A stretch of DNA of 64,000 nucleotides from positions 1-64,000 of the forward strand of contig JBFLGF010000033.1 in the NCBI GenBank assembly GCA_050230475.1, in the 5' to 3' direction. Source of the DNA: Ancylonema sp. Taxonomy: Eukaryota. How positions within the stretch are numbered: the first letter of the stretch is position 1; each line of letters begins with the position of its first letter. A model generated the notes under the pieces. That model worked only from the letters and a program-made list of their open reading frames with translations. It searched no databases and was not told where the DNA came from. Position numbers and translations under genes: made by a program. Of the stretch, positions 24,024-37,174 are shown piece after piece.

Positions 24024-27000
24024 GAGATGATTCCGGGACTAGTAGACCGCGAATAATCCTAAAGGAGACAAATTACAGAGTGTGGGCGACTGTTATGAAC
24101 AGTCCTTGAAGGAGAGGAAATTGTGGGGCCATATATCATGGGCACCGCAATCAGGCCTCCCTTACCGCGGACCGTGATCGTTGCCGTAGCCGCGCGGGCT
24201 GCGGCACCTGGAGTAAGTAGATGTCGTGGCCGGTCAACGGAAGTAACTCACGGCCTGGTTGATCATGATACGAAGCGCTTTGAGGACTTTGACGCGGCAA
24301 TCGCGCGTGCAAATTCCCTTCTTCTTCAGACTTTGGAGCCTCGCGATGTGGAATGGCAACTCTCATGATGCTATCTCCGGGCCCAGAAGGTGGAAACAAG
24401 TTGGGTCGGCGGATTATGTGGCAGTCTCAGCATCACAGGCTGCCACTGCAAGAGCTCGCTTTATGAGCTTCAGGATGAGAGAGGGTGATACAGTAGTTCA
24501 GACTCAACACCGGTTCGATGAGTTACTGAATGAGTGCATCATACAAGCGGTGTTGGTTACCGACGCGGATAGTACGATGGTTCTCATGACACATCCGGCG
24601 GAAAGGTGGAGAACTTTTATGGACGCCTATGCCATTCAGTCACCTCTCCCAGCTGTTGCTCAGATCTTCAGCTCTATGACAGCGTTAGAGGAACGATGGA
24701 ACATGAGGAAGGATAGAGAGGTGGGCGAAGCAAACTACAGGGGGAGATTTAGTGGAGGTGGAAGTGGCGGCGGTAGCGGAAGTGGAGGGGGAAGCGGTTC
24801 AGGTTGGAAGCCAAAGGTGGCATCCACTCAAAGACAGCCAAGTGGGGCTGAATCAAAGTGCTACTGTTGTTGTGGGAGGACAGGACACTTCGCCAAGTGT
24901 CCGATGAAGGGAAAGACGTGTAATTTATGCAAGACAAAAGGGCATCTCGCAAACATGTGCCGAAACAAAGGAGGATCTTCAGCCGGTGGTAGTGGTGGGA
25001 GTGGGAGTGGAGGGGCTGCAAAGCCACCAGTCCCGGCCATCAAACCCAAAATGTTGAGTTTCGCGAAAGGTACAAAGATGGAGAATGCCAAGGATGGTGC
25101 GGAGGGGATGGTGATAGAGGAGGTGTTGTCCAATGCTTCTGTTCATGACGCATCAGATAATGTGGAGTGGCTGGGGGACTCTGGGGCCTCTCGGCATGTG
25201 TGCAACGACTTGGGCCTAATGTGGGAAGTAAAGGTGCATGAGGATCCAATTCTGCTTAGGCAGCTGTCGGGGGAGATAAAGGTGCATGTGACCGGGACGG
25301 TGAAGCTGGAGTGCCAAGACAAGGAGGGGGTTCCTGTGGTGCTGAATCTGCACAATACTCTGTTCATTCCCTTAGCCAAGGTCAACCTTTTCAGCCTGCA
25401 AAAGATGAGGATGGCTGACTACCTCGTTGAGCAAAAGCAAAAGATCGGTAAAGATTGGATCCAAAACAAGAGTGGCCAGTATGTGGGGAGCTTGGAAGTA
25501 GATTCTCGGAGGGGAGGGCAGTCGTCAACGGCAAGACCCCTACCACCTATCCCTCCCCTCCCTTCCAATGTTGCTTCCCGCGGAGGAGGTGCAGAGGAGG
25601 CACTTGTGGCAGCTGTCGACATGGAGCTGTTGCATCGGAGGTTGGGCCACATGGGGAAGACGGCAATGATCAGGCTTGGGAAGGACGAGCTTGTGCGTGG
25701 ACTTGAAGGTGGGGTGATTGGGGAGATGGGTGTATGCCGTGGCTGTGAGCTGGGGAAGCCGCTTGCCAAGCCACAGCCACACCCCTCAAAGGACGACCGT
25801 GCAACAAAGAAGCTTGAGTTGGTGCATGCGGACCTGGCGGGACCTATGAGACAGCAGTCTTGGGGAGGTGCTCGTTATCTTTTCGTTCTTGTCGATGATT
25901 TTTCTCGCAAGTCATGGGTGATCCTTCTGAAGCAGAGGTCTGATGTCGAGGCTAGGCTTATGGAGTGGAAAGCACTGGTGGAAAACGAGAGTGGGGAGTC
26001 AATGGTGAAGTTCAGAACAGACAATGGGGGAGAGTTCTGCAGCAATAGCCTGTCGGGATGGTTGAAGGTGAAGGGGGTAAAGCATGAAACAACCCCACCT
26101 CGGACACCGCGAGCAACGGGGTTGCAGAGAGGATGAATAGGACCCTTCAAGAGAGGGCCAGGTCGATGATGATGTTTCATGCTGGGCTTGGAGGGGGCTG
26201 CTGGGAGGTGTTCTTGGCATCAAACTACTTGCGGAATAGGGGACCAGTGAGTGGCATGTCAGTTACTCCTCCAAGAGATGTGGAGTGGCAAGAAACCGAC
26301 AGTGGCGCATATAAAATCATTCGGCTGCAAGGTGTACTGTCCTATCGACAGGAATGACCAGGGGTGGAAAGCTTGGGGCTGTGCGTTATGAGGGGGTGTT
26401 GGTGGGGTACTCCGAAACCAGTCCCTCGGTGCAAGTTTGGAACCCCTTAAAAGATAAAAGGGTGCTGAATGTAGGGGGGGCAGACTACGATGAATCGGTG
26501 GAGAGGGGTTGGTGGCTGGAGAGGAGGGGTGGAGCGAATGTGGAGGAGATGGAACAGGTGGTGGTCCCAGCCGATGATGAGGATGGGAGTGCCTCAACCA
26601 GTGGGGATGTTGCGGCTGCGAATGGAGATGGATCCCCAGCCGCTTCGGGTGGACCCCCACCCCCTCCCCCACCCCCCCCCCTCCCGGTGCAGGTGGCATC
26701 GATGATGATGAGCTACCCCAACTTCTGCCCATCTGTCGATGATGACGACAGCCCCCCACCTCGAGTTCGAGTCAGTGCTAGGGGTAACCGGGGAGTGCCG
26801 ACGACTCGGTACGATGAGATATTTGAGGTGGCCGCAGACTTCATGAACCCGCCGACGGTGTCAGCTGCCATGGATAGTGGCAAGGTGGAGGAGTGGACTT
26901 CAGCGATGGAAGCTGAACTACAAAGCTTGTGGGAGAATGAAGTCTTCGAGGAGGTGGAGAGGCCAGCTGGCAAAAAGGTGATTGGTACGAAGTGGGTACT

Positions 27001-28450
27001 TCGCATCAAGACAGATGCGATGCCAGACTTGGACAAGTACAAGGCCAGAGTTGTGGCAAAAGGCTATCGACAGATGGAGGGCGTCGACTACGACGAAACC
27101 TTCGCCCCGACAGTTCGTTTCGAGAGTGTCCGGGATCTGGTGGCACTGGCGGCTTCCATGGGGTGGGAGCTGGACCAAATGGATGTGGCAACGGCGTTTC
27201 TGTACGCGAAGTTGGAGAGGAAACCTTTTTGTCGACATCCCAGAGGGGGTAGTACCGGTAGGGGAGGGAAACCGGGTGTGGAAGCTCCGAAAATGTCTGT
27301 ACGGTTTGAAGCAGTCCCCCCGCATGTGGAATATGACTATCGACAGGGTCCTCAATGACATGGGATTCGAGTTGTTACGAAGCGAGAGCATGGCAATTAT
27401 GTCGTCGGGGAGGGAGGAGAGAAGATATTTCTGGCGCTTTATGTCGATGACCTGCTCATCGGAGCAGAAAGGAGTCGCTGACCGAGGTGAAGGAGAGGCT
27501 CAAGGAACACTTCAAAATGAAGGACATGGGGAGTGCGCATTTTCTGCTCGGAGTCGAAATCAGGTGGAGGAGGCTGGATGGGGGGTATTTCATGGTGCAG
27601 GAAAAGTACGCTGCTGAGGTGGTGAGCAAGAGGTACGGCATGGCTGCTGTCAAGACAGTCTCGACACCTTTCGAACCCGGAAGTAGTTTTGGGGTAGAGG
27701 AGGTTCCAGTGGCAGAGGGGGTGGACCCCGGAATGGTCGACATTCCGTACCGCAGTCTGGTGGGAGGTTGATGTATTTGGCGGTGTTTGCACTAGTCGGC
27801 ACTCAGTCGATATAGCCAAAACCCACAGATGAAATATCCAGAACCCACAAATGTTGCATTGGGAGGCCGCAAAGCGAGTGTTGCGATATGTCAAGGAGAC
27901 AGCTGGGGAAGGGCTTGGGTACAGCCCGGGAGAGGAAATTGAAATATGGGGATACAGTGATGCAAGCTACGGTAGTGATGAAGAAACTAAGAAGGGGAGG
28001 TCTGGTTATATTTTCATGAGTGGTGGTGCAGCTGTTAGCTGGGGGAGCAAACTTCAGGAAGGAGGTAGTGGCTTTGAGTAGCACGGAGGCAGAATACATG
28101 GCATGGATGGCAATGCAATCTGTCATGCAATGCAATGCAGGAGGGGCTTTATTTGATTTGAAGATGCGATGCTGCAGATGGAGATGGGGGTCAATCCGGG
28201 GGAGAGTGGGACATTGTTGCTGGTCGACAATCAGTCGTCGATCAAGTTGGCGAAGAATCCGGTGTTCCACAAGCGTAGCAAGCACATTGCGATACGATTC
28301 CACTTTATTCGTGAAAAGGTGGAAAATGGGGGGAGTTCAGTTTGGAGTTTCTGAGAACTCTGTCGATGGCATCAGATCAGCTCACCAAGCATGTAGGGGT
28401 GAAAGTGCTAAACATTGGGAAGAAGTTGATGGGAATGACTAGTGGCTAGA
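24024..28450 (+). pseudogene. Copia gag-pol polyprotein, interrupted by multiple small indels
   Basis: CCHC knuckles (CNLCKTKGHLANMC), protease WLGDSGASRH, LLHRRLGH, integrase VHADLAGP and FRTDNGGEF, RT YKARVVAKGY and LYGLKQSPRMWN, RNase [22 protein letters not shown]. These are spread over several frames. Confidence 0.9.
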
Positions 28451-28459
28451 TTAGTCAAA

Positions 28460-28914
28460 TGACAAAGAGGGGGATTGTAGGAATAGGTTGTCTATTTGCC
28501 TAAGTTCCTATTCCGGCATAATTAATCCGGTCGAAACGAATAGTCCGGATGCAGTTAGTCGATACTTCATTTCTATTGGTCTATGTGCATGACGGTGTGC
28601 GTATTGAATGTGTGGATTGTAAAGTCAGGTGTAGACTCCTGATTGGTGCATTAGATAACGTGATATGTTGCATGATCATGACTCATCCATTTGTATCGGT
28701 GAAGTAGACGTGGGCGCGGATCTGAGTAGGTCGACTCATTGTTCGTGTCTAGCGGAACTTGCCCAAGGTCAGACTTTTGGACCTTGGGAATCTAATTGAT
28801 CATACTAGCAATTCATGGCGTACTCAATCTGATTGAAGTGTGCATGTTCAGTGTATGGGCACTGGTGTGAAATAGTATTCGTGCGAAAGAAATCCGCAAG
28901 AGATGGATTTAACA
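28460..28914 (+). repeat. Copia 3' LTR
   Basis: Aligns to the 5' LTR with a 17-nt extra segment near its 3' end. TAATA follows it. Confidence 0.9.
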
Positions 28915-29422
28915 TAATAATGTCGGACAATACACGATCGGGTGTCTATATGGTGATATATTGGGTTGAATGGGTGAATGTGCCTATACGGTCGAATAGT
29001 GTGGGTGAGGGTCTTTGCGTCCTTTATCCATGTTTGGCACACGCGTGGGGATTTGCAATGACGGTTCAATTGGCATGTGTCCAAACGGACGAATTTGTCA
29101 TGTGAGTTTCAAATGGAATCTAAGGCCTTAGTTATTACGAACAGTATGATTGTTCCGCCACCATAGTCGGCGCTAAAGACGGAAACTACTGCCACCAGCA
29201 TAGCAAGGCGGCTGTAAGATCATATGCATTTTCCATAATAAGTACCTAGAAATATCCACACCACGTTAGAAGCGCCGCGAGCTAGCAATAAGTATGCAAG
29301 TTAGCAATAAATATGCAGGATAACGACAAAACGCAAGAGTCGTACTTGTGACTTCTATGTATACTGGTCAGATGCTGCCAGCATCTAGCACTACTCTAGT
29401 ACACGCATGCATGATATCTATT

Positions 29423-29849
29423 TGTAAGGGGTGGATAAGGTGACGTTTTTTATAGTATACTTGGCTAGGAGTGGAGTTGTTAGGACCACACTAGTGTGTG
29501 TCCCTAACTAGCTAGTTGTCGTATGATGCTTAGCCCGATTCATTCCTCGGTAGTGAGTGACCATCATTTCAGTCCCTTAGTTTTTCAATAAATTCCGTCG
29601 CTTACCTATTATTCCGTTTCAAGATTCATTTCCGTAACTATTCGTTCGCTTCGCTTGCTTAAACTAGTTACCGTTCTTACATGCGAGTTCCGTCGATCTT
29701 AGTTCACCATTTAGCATTTAGTATTGATAGGAACGTAGCTTATTCCGTTCCTATCAACTCATGTAAATCGTGATTCCTCTAGTGCCTACTTTCTCCATTT
29801 CCATTCCATTCCTTCCATTCCATCCTCGCACTTAGCTCTACTCCTTACA
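29423..29849. mobile_element. Probable solo LTR (~427 bp)
   Basis: Termini TGTAAGGGGTGGA ... TCTACTCCTTACA match 11/13 as an inverted repeat. The flanks CTATT/GGATT match only partly as a TSD. Confidence 0.45.
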
Positions 29850-30249
29850 GGATTAGCCAGTATGACGGTCAGCTGAGTCGGCATAAATGGAGCCGCAAAC
29901 AATTGCGAAAGGATAGGCAGCTTCCTAGCTACTAGCATGTCTAGGTAGCTCAACCCTAAATAATTTGTATTCTTTGTGCTAAGACCTCAATAGGTCTCAT
30001 CACACCTCGGGAATCGCTTACCAAATTACCCAAATTCTATGTGTAATTTGTATCCGAGTTCGGCTAGATTTCAGCATATGTGAATTCGATCCATAAGCAT
30101 TTGAGTGTGATTTAACTTTCGATCGACCGAGTATTGCATTCATATACACCTTACAAGCGCCAGGCACTTTACGTCCAGACCGAAGGCAACGCCTTGCCAT
30201 AGGTAGACTATAAAATAATATTTGGCATGTGTATACTCGCGTTAGGTGT

Positions 30250-30523
30250 GTGCAATGTCCTTGATGTTATCGCGCACGTGTGTGTAGCGGATCTCGACTA
30301 GATCATTAGACCATGTGTTTTCGACCATGTGAATAGATAGAAAGCGTTTCGCACGTATGAAGTGCATGTGTGCGACAATGTTTGTTATAACGACATAATC
30401 GCACGTGAGAGGATAACATGATGCTAGATGGCACGACAAGGCAATGAATGTGTGAATCCTTGCATGTGCTATTGAGTGTTGTGAATCGGCATAGAAAAGA
30501 TGTCGAATAGTGGTATTAGAGCC
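30250..30523 (+). mobile_element. Old LTR remnant ending in tRNA-iMet PBS
   Basis: GATGTCGAATAG-TGGTATTAGAGCC at 30499-30523 has the same junction as 17662-17686. Confidence 0.55.
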
Positions 30524-32794
30524 GCAATCGAGAGACAAACAGAGACATGAGTCATGACGGGAAAGGTTGTGGCTTATTATGGCTGGTTATGTTGATGATT
30601 GGTTACGGTGTCCCTTGGTCACTAATAGAGTAACGGGCTACTCCGCGCTGGATATGATGGTGGTTCGAATCCCGTGGAATGCAATCAACTTCCTGGAAGT
30701 CATTTTTGCCCACGGTTTGACATCCATTTCCAGCCGCAGTGTGCACCCGGCTGGGACAGGGCTGGAACTGGGATGTCAGTGGCAGTGGGGTTGGGGGTGT
30801 GGGTATGGGAAATCAAATTGAAACCGGTGGTGGGGGGACATAAGATAATTATAAACGGTGGTAGGGGGATAAGGTGGGAAGATGTGTGGATTAATTCGGA
30901 GAAAAAAAAGTGGTGGATTTAATCGCGCCGCTACGGTATTAGAAAGATATTTAACCTAGCCGGTACGGTTAGTCATCCATTGCACACAAGAAAAATATAT
31001 CAATACTCAGTCGTGCAACGGTTTCTCATTCCTTGCGGACGTGGGCTTGGACTCTTTCAAAATCAAATCATTTACGCAGTATCACTCAATTTACCCCTAG
31101 CATTGTATATGTATAGCATCTCTCACATACAAGTATGGCACAATGAGAACAACCATAGATGTTATTCCATGATCTTAGCTCGCGATTGTGTGTTCCAATT
31201 ACATGCTTGCATATACAATCCATGGATACTAGGATTAGACTCTGCTTACATATCACATTGACTCGATTGCCGTGCTAATTCGTACATATCTATGCTCTCG
31301 ATAGTGTATTGTGACCATGATCCGTCTTCCAAAAACGACTTGCTGCCTTATTATTGTTCAAATATCAGAATGGATTGATGTGACAAAAGACCGAGGATAT
31401 CTTCCCCCACCCTTCACTTGGCAACACGTGAGAAATCTGAGAGATCAAAACTACCTCCACTTCGCATGCATCCAAACATTCATCTGTACATGAAGACATG
31501 CAACAACACACAAAATGAGAAAAAGTTTTCAAAAGCTCTTATAAGTACAAGCACAAGATACGCTTTCAGCCACCAAGTGTAGAGAACCTCTGGTCGCATC
31601 CTAGCCACACCAAATGTCTCGGGGTGTAGTTTAATCACCTTGAGCCGTCACACACTATGGTAATCATGACGTGTCAATTCTAAAGTCACTCCAAACTAAA
31701 CCAATCTCAAGCTTCCTCCAACCGAATACACTCATATTTAACCATCTTCCTGGAAATTCAGCCTTCTATCATTACTTTCAAACTACTTGTCATACCCTCA
31801 GAGGCACCCTAGAGAGTCACACCACTTTACGTGTCTATGCTAGCGCTCCAAACCCCTCATACCCCATGTCCGAAACTTTTGCTTGTAAATAGCTCTCCCT
31901 CCCTCAACCCCCAAATCATCGCCTAGAATACACTCCTAAACTACACAAGTCATATAGGTCAACTCTAGGGCAATGTTGAAAAGTGACCCCTTGCATTTTT
32001 TAAAAGGCCTCCACTTTGAGGCACACCCTTCTCCTGTATTGACTATGAATTGTGAGCGAATGACCTCCTGGCAGGTAGGTACATGCTTATCGTTATATGT
32101 AATTTGTATCACTATTATTGCAAGGGAAACATTGAGATTGATATGCAGTCGAGCTCCCCTGTCAGGTACCCCCATGACACCATTACTGAAGCAAATGTCA
32201 ATTGCATCGTTTCTTTTATGCACACTTGTATCATGCTCTACGCACGACCCATGTGTGGATGACAAACAGCGGTGGGTTAAGTATTGAAATAATAAACATC
32301 ATGAAAATCATTCGAATCATTCTAAGAGTGGAACAAGGCTATTTCTGTCTGTGAATTTTGATCCTATCTATAACAATGCGTAGGCAAATGAGCGATGGCT
32401 AATTTCAACACTGCTATCGGGTACAAACACAAATAAAAGATCTGAACCTCCCTTTCCTTCTCAAAATATCCAGACATCTTCTCCTTGACTTTTTCAGTTC
32501 GTGAAATCTAACAAAGCTTGTACTCTTTGCCAGAGCCTCCCAGCCTCCCAGCCTCCCAGCCCGGTGTCTACTTTTTCCATCCTCCTCATCATGGATGCCC
32601 TTATCGCCAGCTGGCAAGACAAACCCGCATCACCACTCCCCATCAGCCCGCATTCAAACTTCAACCTCCCCCCCCTCACTCACTCACCTCATCTCCTCTT
32701 CTCTTACCCCCAATTGATCCTCCCATCCTCTCCCCTTCAAACCCCTCCCCACCCTCCAACGCAGCACCCAAGCGGATCCATCCCCCCTGCCCCG

Positions 32795-35700
32795 TCACTC
32801 CCTCTCCCACAGATCCCCCCACTTCGCCCTCCGCCCCATGTGGTACAGCTGGCGGTCACTCCTCTTTGGCACCACTACCCTCTCCAGACACCCTTTGTGA
32901 GCGCACCCCTCGACTGCCCTGCAGAGGTCCAGAATGACGTGGTTGCCCCGCCTCCGAGGCTTCCTCACAATGCGCGCCCACCTGGAGCTCACTCCCGGAT
33001 GCCCAACCACCCTTCTCCCCTCCCTACCCTCTTCCTCCTCCTCCCCCTCCTCCTCCTCCTCCTCCTCCTCCTCCTCCTCCCCCTCCCCTTCATCCTCCTC
33101 CTCTTCTTTCTCTATCTCCTCCTCCTCCCCCATCTCCTGGAGAGGGTCTGACGGCATGGCTGCTGCATGTAGGTCGGCGCTGACGTCATCGCCTGACATC
33201 ATGACCCCCACAGGTGTCAAGGAATCCGCAAATTGGAAGCATGTCGAGTATTCAGCACTCACCCCCACCCCCATCCCCACTTGCTCCACTCCACACTCCC
33301 ACTTTACCTGTCTCATGCGGGGCTTCCTCCGTGCCAGCTGTCACTTGAGGTTCTGACAACTCCTCCCTGCAGGAGTTAGGGAAACTGGTCCTGTTAAAAT
33401 CTCCTGCCCGATACACGAGCCGCAGAGCGCCACTTCAACTCGAACACACCAAAATGGATGGATGCACTTCAACCTGAACTCCAAAACTTTTGAACTTGAA
33501 ACCCCTACTTTGACCAAGACCCCGTACCCAAATCGGCAACTCGAACGAAAATCTGATCCTTAACTCACGAAAACCTGATCCTGAACTCAAACCAGAATCC
33601 AAACCGAAACTTTGTGGTGCATCGGTATTGGACCCTGCCTCTGCTGACCCTGCCTCAGCGCCTGAGAGAGACGTACTTTGGACGCAGCCCTCGTCGGAGA
33701 ACTACAAAAGCGAAGCGCTCGTCCTCGTGCTCCCTCAGAATCTTCTCCCCTTGCCTCTGCACACCCAACTGCCACGTCAGCATGCGATCTGACCCCGTGC
33801 TTCCGGAAGCCGGAAATGTTTCCAGAAATTGGGGCGTCCCTCACCTTTGCTGACCTCTGAGTGGGAGGGCGCTGCAGCCTCTGCACGAAATGGCACCAGC
33901 TCACAGTGCCAGCCATGGGGCAAACCCCGTCGTGAGCGCACTGAACAGACACAAAAACCTCTCTCCACCCCTCTCAGTCAAGGGGTGAAGGGGTAGGTGG
34001 GAGGGGTTTCTGGGTAAGGTTTTTTGTTTTTGTTTTTTTTCTGTTTGTTACTCATCATACCTTGGGTGGCTTGCAGAGGTATTCAGAGTGCCAGTACAAA
34101 TAATATGAGTACAAATAATGTACAAATAACACACAAATGATAACGCATATGATACATTGAAGGTTTTTGTACATTGGTGGTGGTTTTTAGGTTGCGTCAG
34201 CTACTGTAGGGTGTGTGGCAAGTTCCACCTCCCTGCATAACAAAACAAATCAGCTCAAGGGTTTTTGGGAATTCGAGAATTGTGGGAATAATAATAAATT
34301 TATCAAGAAACTGTGTGCACATCCACCATCACTACAAACCACAAAGTCAGCATCCCCCCATCCCCCATCCCCCATCCCCCATCCCCCAGGTATGGTCACC
34401 CACCGGCGCCACCACGTGAGCTGCGCCCTTTCCTGCCTCACCCGTCGTAGATTTTCGTTCAATCTGGCGGCAGAAAAGGCAGATGGTACAAACTTCAATC
34501 GGGGCAGAAAGAGGAGGATGGCAAAATGGTAGAGCCAAGCAGGACCCCTACCTTTTTACTAGAGAGCAATATTTGCGCCCGAGCCCTCTGCACCGCCTCG
34601 CCTCCTTTAGGGTTTCCCGCTTCTATCAGCACCTGCAGGGGTGGCAGACGAGAAAAAAAGGGCAAAAAATCGGGATCCGGTCGAAACCGGAAACCTGACC
34701 TGCGAGACTACGACACACGGCATCTGTGAATGGTCTTCGGATTCTGGGTGTTTTTAGGGTTTTCCTCCTTTAAATTTTCTTTCTCCAAGGGGCACTGGCA
34801 GTTCTTGTTTCTAGGGTGTTTCGAGGGGGGGCGTTCAGTGGAGGGTGGGGGGCGTGATCATGAGTTGCCAACATCAAACTGTCAGAGTGTACCATACCAG
34901 CATGCCGCCTGTATGGCCCCACAGCCGTCGCACCGCCTCCTCTTGCTCCTCCCGAGACCCCACCTCCCCCAATGAGTATGCCTACACAGATGCACCCCCC
35001 CCCGTGGGTTTTACAGAGGCGGACTGGGCAGCAGTGATGGGGGAGTCCTGGAGTGTTGAAACAAAGAGAGCTATAGCAATCAAAGTGGAAAGAGGAGGGA
35101 GGGGGAAAGGGAAGGGGTGCTGACAGCAATGACAAGATCGAATTGGCGAGAGGGTCCTCGAAGTTTGCGAGATGCAGCCTCTAGGGATGCGAATCGATGA
35201 GGGGGCGGGAGGTCCACCCCCCCAACCCCCCATCCCCCCATCCCCCATCCCCCAGGTATGGTCACCCACCGGTGCCACCACATGAGCTGCGCCCTTTCCC
35301 GGCTCTCCCTTCGTAGCTTTTCGTTCAATCTGGCGGCAGAAAGGGCAAAAGGTACAAACTTCAAACGGGGCAGAAAAAGGAGGACGGCAGAATGGTTGCG
35401 CCAAGCAGGACCCGTACCTTTTTACTAGAGAGCAGTATTTGCGCCCGAGCCCTCTGCACCGCCTCGCCTCCTCTAGGGTTTCCCGCTTATATCAGCACCT
35501 GCAGGGGTGGCAGAACAGAAAAAAATGGCAAAAAGTCGGGATGCGGCCAAAACCGGAAACCCGACCTGGGAGACTGCGCGACACACGGGTTCTGGATGGT
35601 GTGGGGTTTTTTTTCGTCAGTTTCTCTTTCTCCAAAGGGCTCTCGGAGCTTAGGGTTTCTAGGGTTTTTCGAGAGGGGCAATCTTTGGAGCGTGGGGGGC

Positions 35701-37174
35701 GTGATAATGATGCCAACTATGCTGAAATGTTGCTTTAGGCTTTAGATTTGAAGCCGTCAGAGTGTCAGAGTGTAGGAGCGTACCAACATGCCGCCTGTAT
35801 GGCCCCACAGCCGTCGAACCACCTCCTCTTGCTCCTCCCGAGATCCCACCTCCCCCAATGAGTATGCCTACACAGATGCGCCCCCCCTCCCTTGGGTTTA
35901 ACAGAGGCGGACTGGGCAGTGATGATGGAGTGCTAGAACAAAGAGAAGGATAGCAACCAAAGTGGAAGGAGGAGGGAGGGGGTGCTGACAGCAATGACGA
36001 GATCGAATTGGCGAGAAGGTCCTCGAAGTTTCCGAGATGCCGCCTCTAGGGATGCGAATCGATGAGGGGGCGGGAGGTCTTTCACTCCTGTGGTGAAGGA
36101 GGTGGAGCGCCAGCTGTCAGCTTCCTGATGAGCCACTGGGAGTGCGACAGCTGGAGGATACTGACCTTGGCCTAACGAGGCGGCCATGCGAGTCATTGCC
36201 GATGATGTCTCGATGATCACAGATCGCTTCACTGCGGCGGGCCACACTTCCCGAACAGCCCTGCGAGAAAAAGGGGATCATGAGGTGCATGCAGGTGCGG
36301 TTTCTACATCATTTTGGGGTGTTTCAGCGGGTACCAACGGACACGGCGCAAGTCGTTGGTCGGTTATTCGAACTAACCAGGCGCATGTGCCGGGGCCCGA
36401 GCCGTAGTCAAGAATTGAGGTGGGGGCGAATTCTGGCAACCTCCAGCCGACCTGAAGTATCGGGATGGCATGTCAGCCTCCCTTGCTGAGGGAATCTGTT
36501 GATCGAGGAAGCAGGTGAGAAGCGCGACGGACCTCTTGAAGAACCCTGAAAACGGCGGCATAAGCGGACGGCATGCGGGATGCTACGTAAGCAGCTGATG
36601 TGGAATCATCGTAGTTTACGAAAGGGGACGCTCGAGTTTCCGGGGATCCTCGTTGGACTTCCTGCTTCATCCACTCGATGTCGGCCTCGAGCAGACCTTC
36701 GCCGGAGGACTCAGGTAGAGAGAGGTCGTCTTCCAATGCAGATTTGCCACTTGTTTTGGCACGAAGAGTCGCGGACAGCTGCGCGACATCCTTGCGCAGC
36801 TGGCGGGGTGTGAATTCTGATAACGACAAAATAGTACAATGGCGGGCGCTCAGGGGAGAAGCGTGAGGTTATAAAATTCTTTGAATTCAGGCAGCCAAAC
36901 ACACCTGGATGTATTGAACTCTGCTATATGCTTATTCGAAGAGGTGCATCATGAATGAGAAAACGATAATGACCTCGAAAGTATACGAATTCGCACCTGA
37001 GAGGCAGCGCGTCAGAGAGTCCTGCAAAAGCCGGGGCAAAGTGACGATCCCAGTTCCGATAAGACCAGACTTTGACTCCGGAACGAGTTTCTCAAAGGAT
37101 GAGGAAGAGAAGAACCGGCTCCGTCCGAATGACAGGAGGTGTAACGAAGCAGAACGTGCCCGAAAGTATGACAT
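32795..37174 (-). CDS. RSM22: Mitochondrial small-ribosomal-subunit Rsm22/METTL17-like methyltransferase, multi-exon, with an internal duplicated exon block
   Basis: Exons encode AYVASRMPSAYAAVFRVLQE, ILDYGSGPGTCAW, FDLVIA/AYSLGE, VLIEAGNPKG, HVVAP/CAHDGVCP..CHFVQRL, EDERFAFVVLRRG and WARIVRKPRRRGNHVILDLC...WGDLW. Confidence 0.85.
34348..36079. repeat. ~865-bp diverged tandem duplication covering four RSM22 exons
   Basis: 34348-35214 aligns with 35215-36079. The junction lies inside the DLPPPHRF exon. Confidence 0.9.

Larger units (their letters stand above)
23566..28914 (+). mobile_element. Full-length Ty1/copia LTR retrotransposon
   Basis: Two near-identical LTRs (TG...CA), a 5-bp TSD TAATA (23561-65, 28915-19), PBS TGGCATCAGAGC (24007-18), and gag-PR-IN-RT-RH order. 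Confidence 0.95.

Noticed and set aside
30560..30690. tRNA gene
   Set aside because: Only a B-box-like motif is present; the T-stem and acceptor stem do not pair convincingly.
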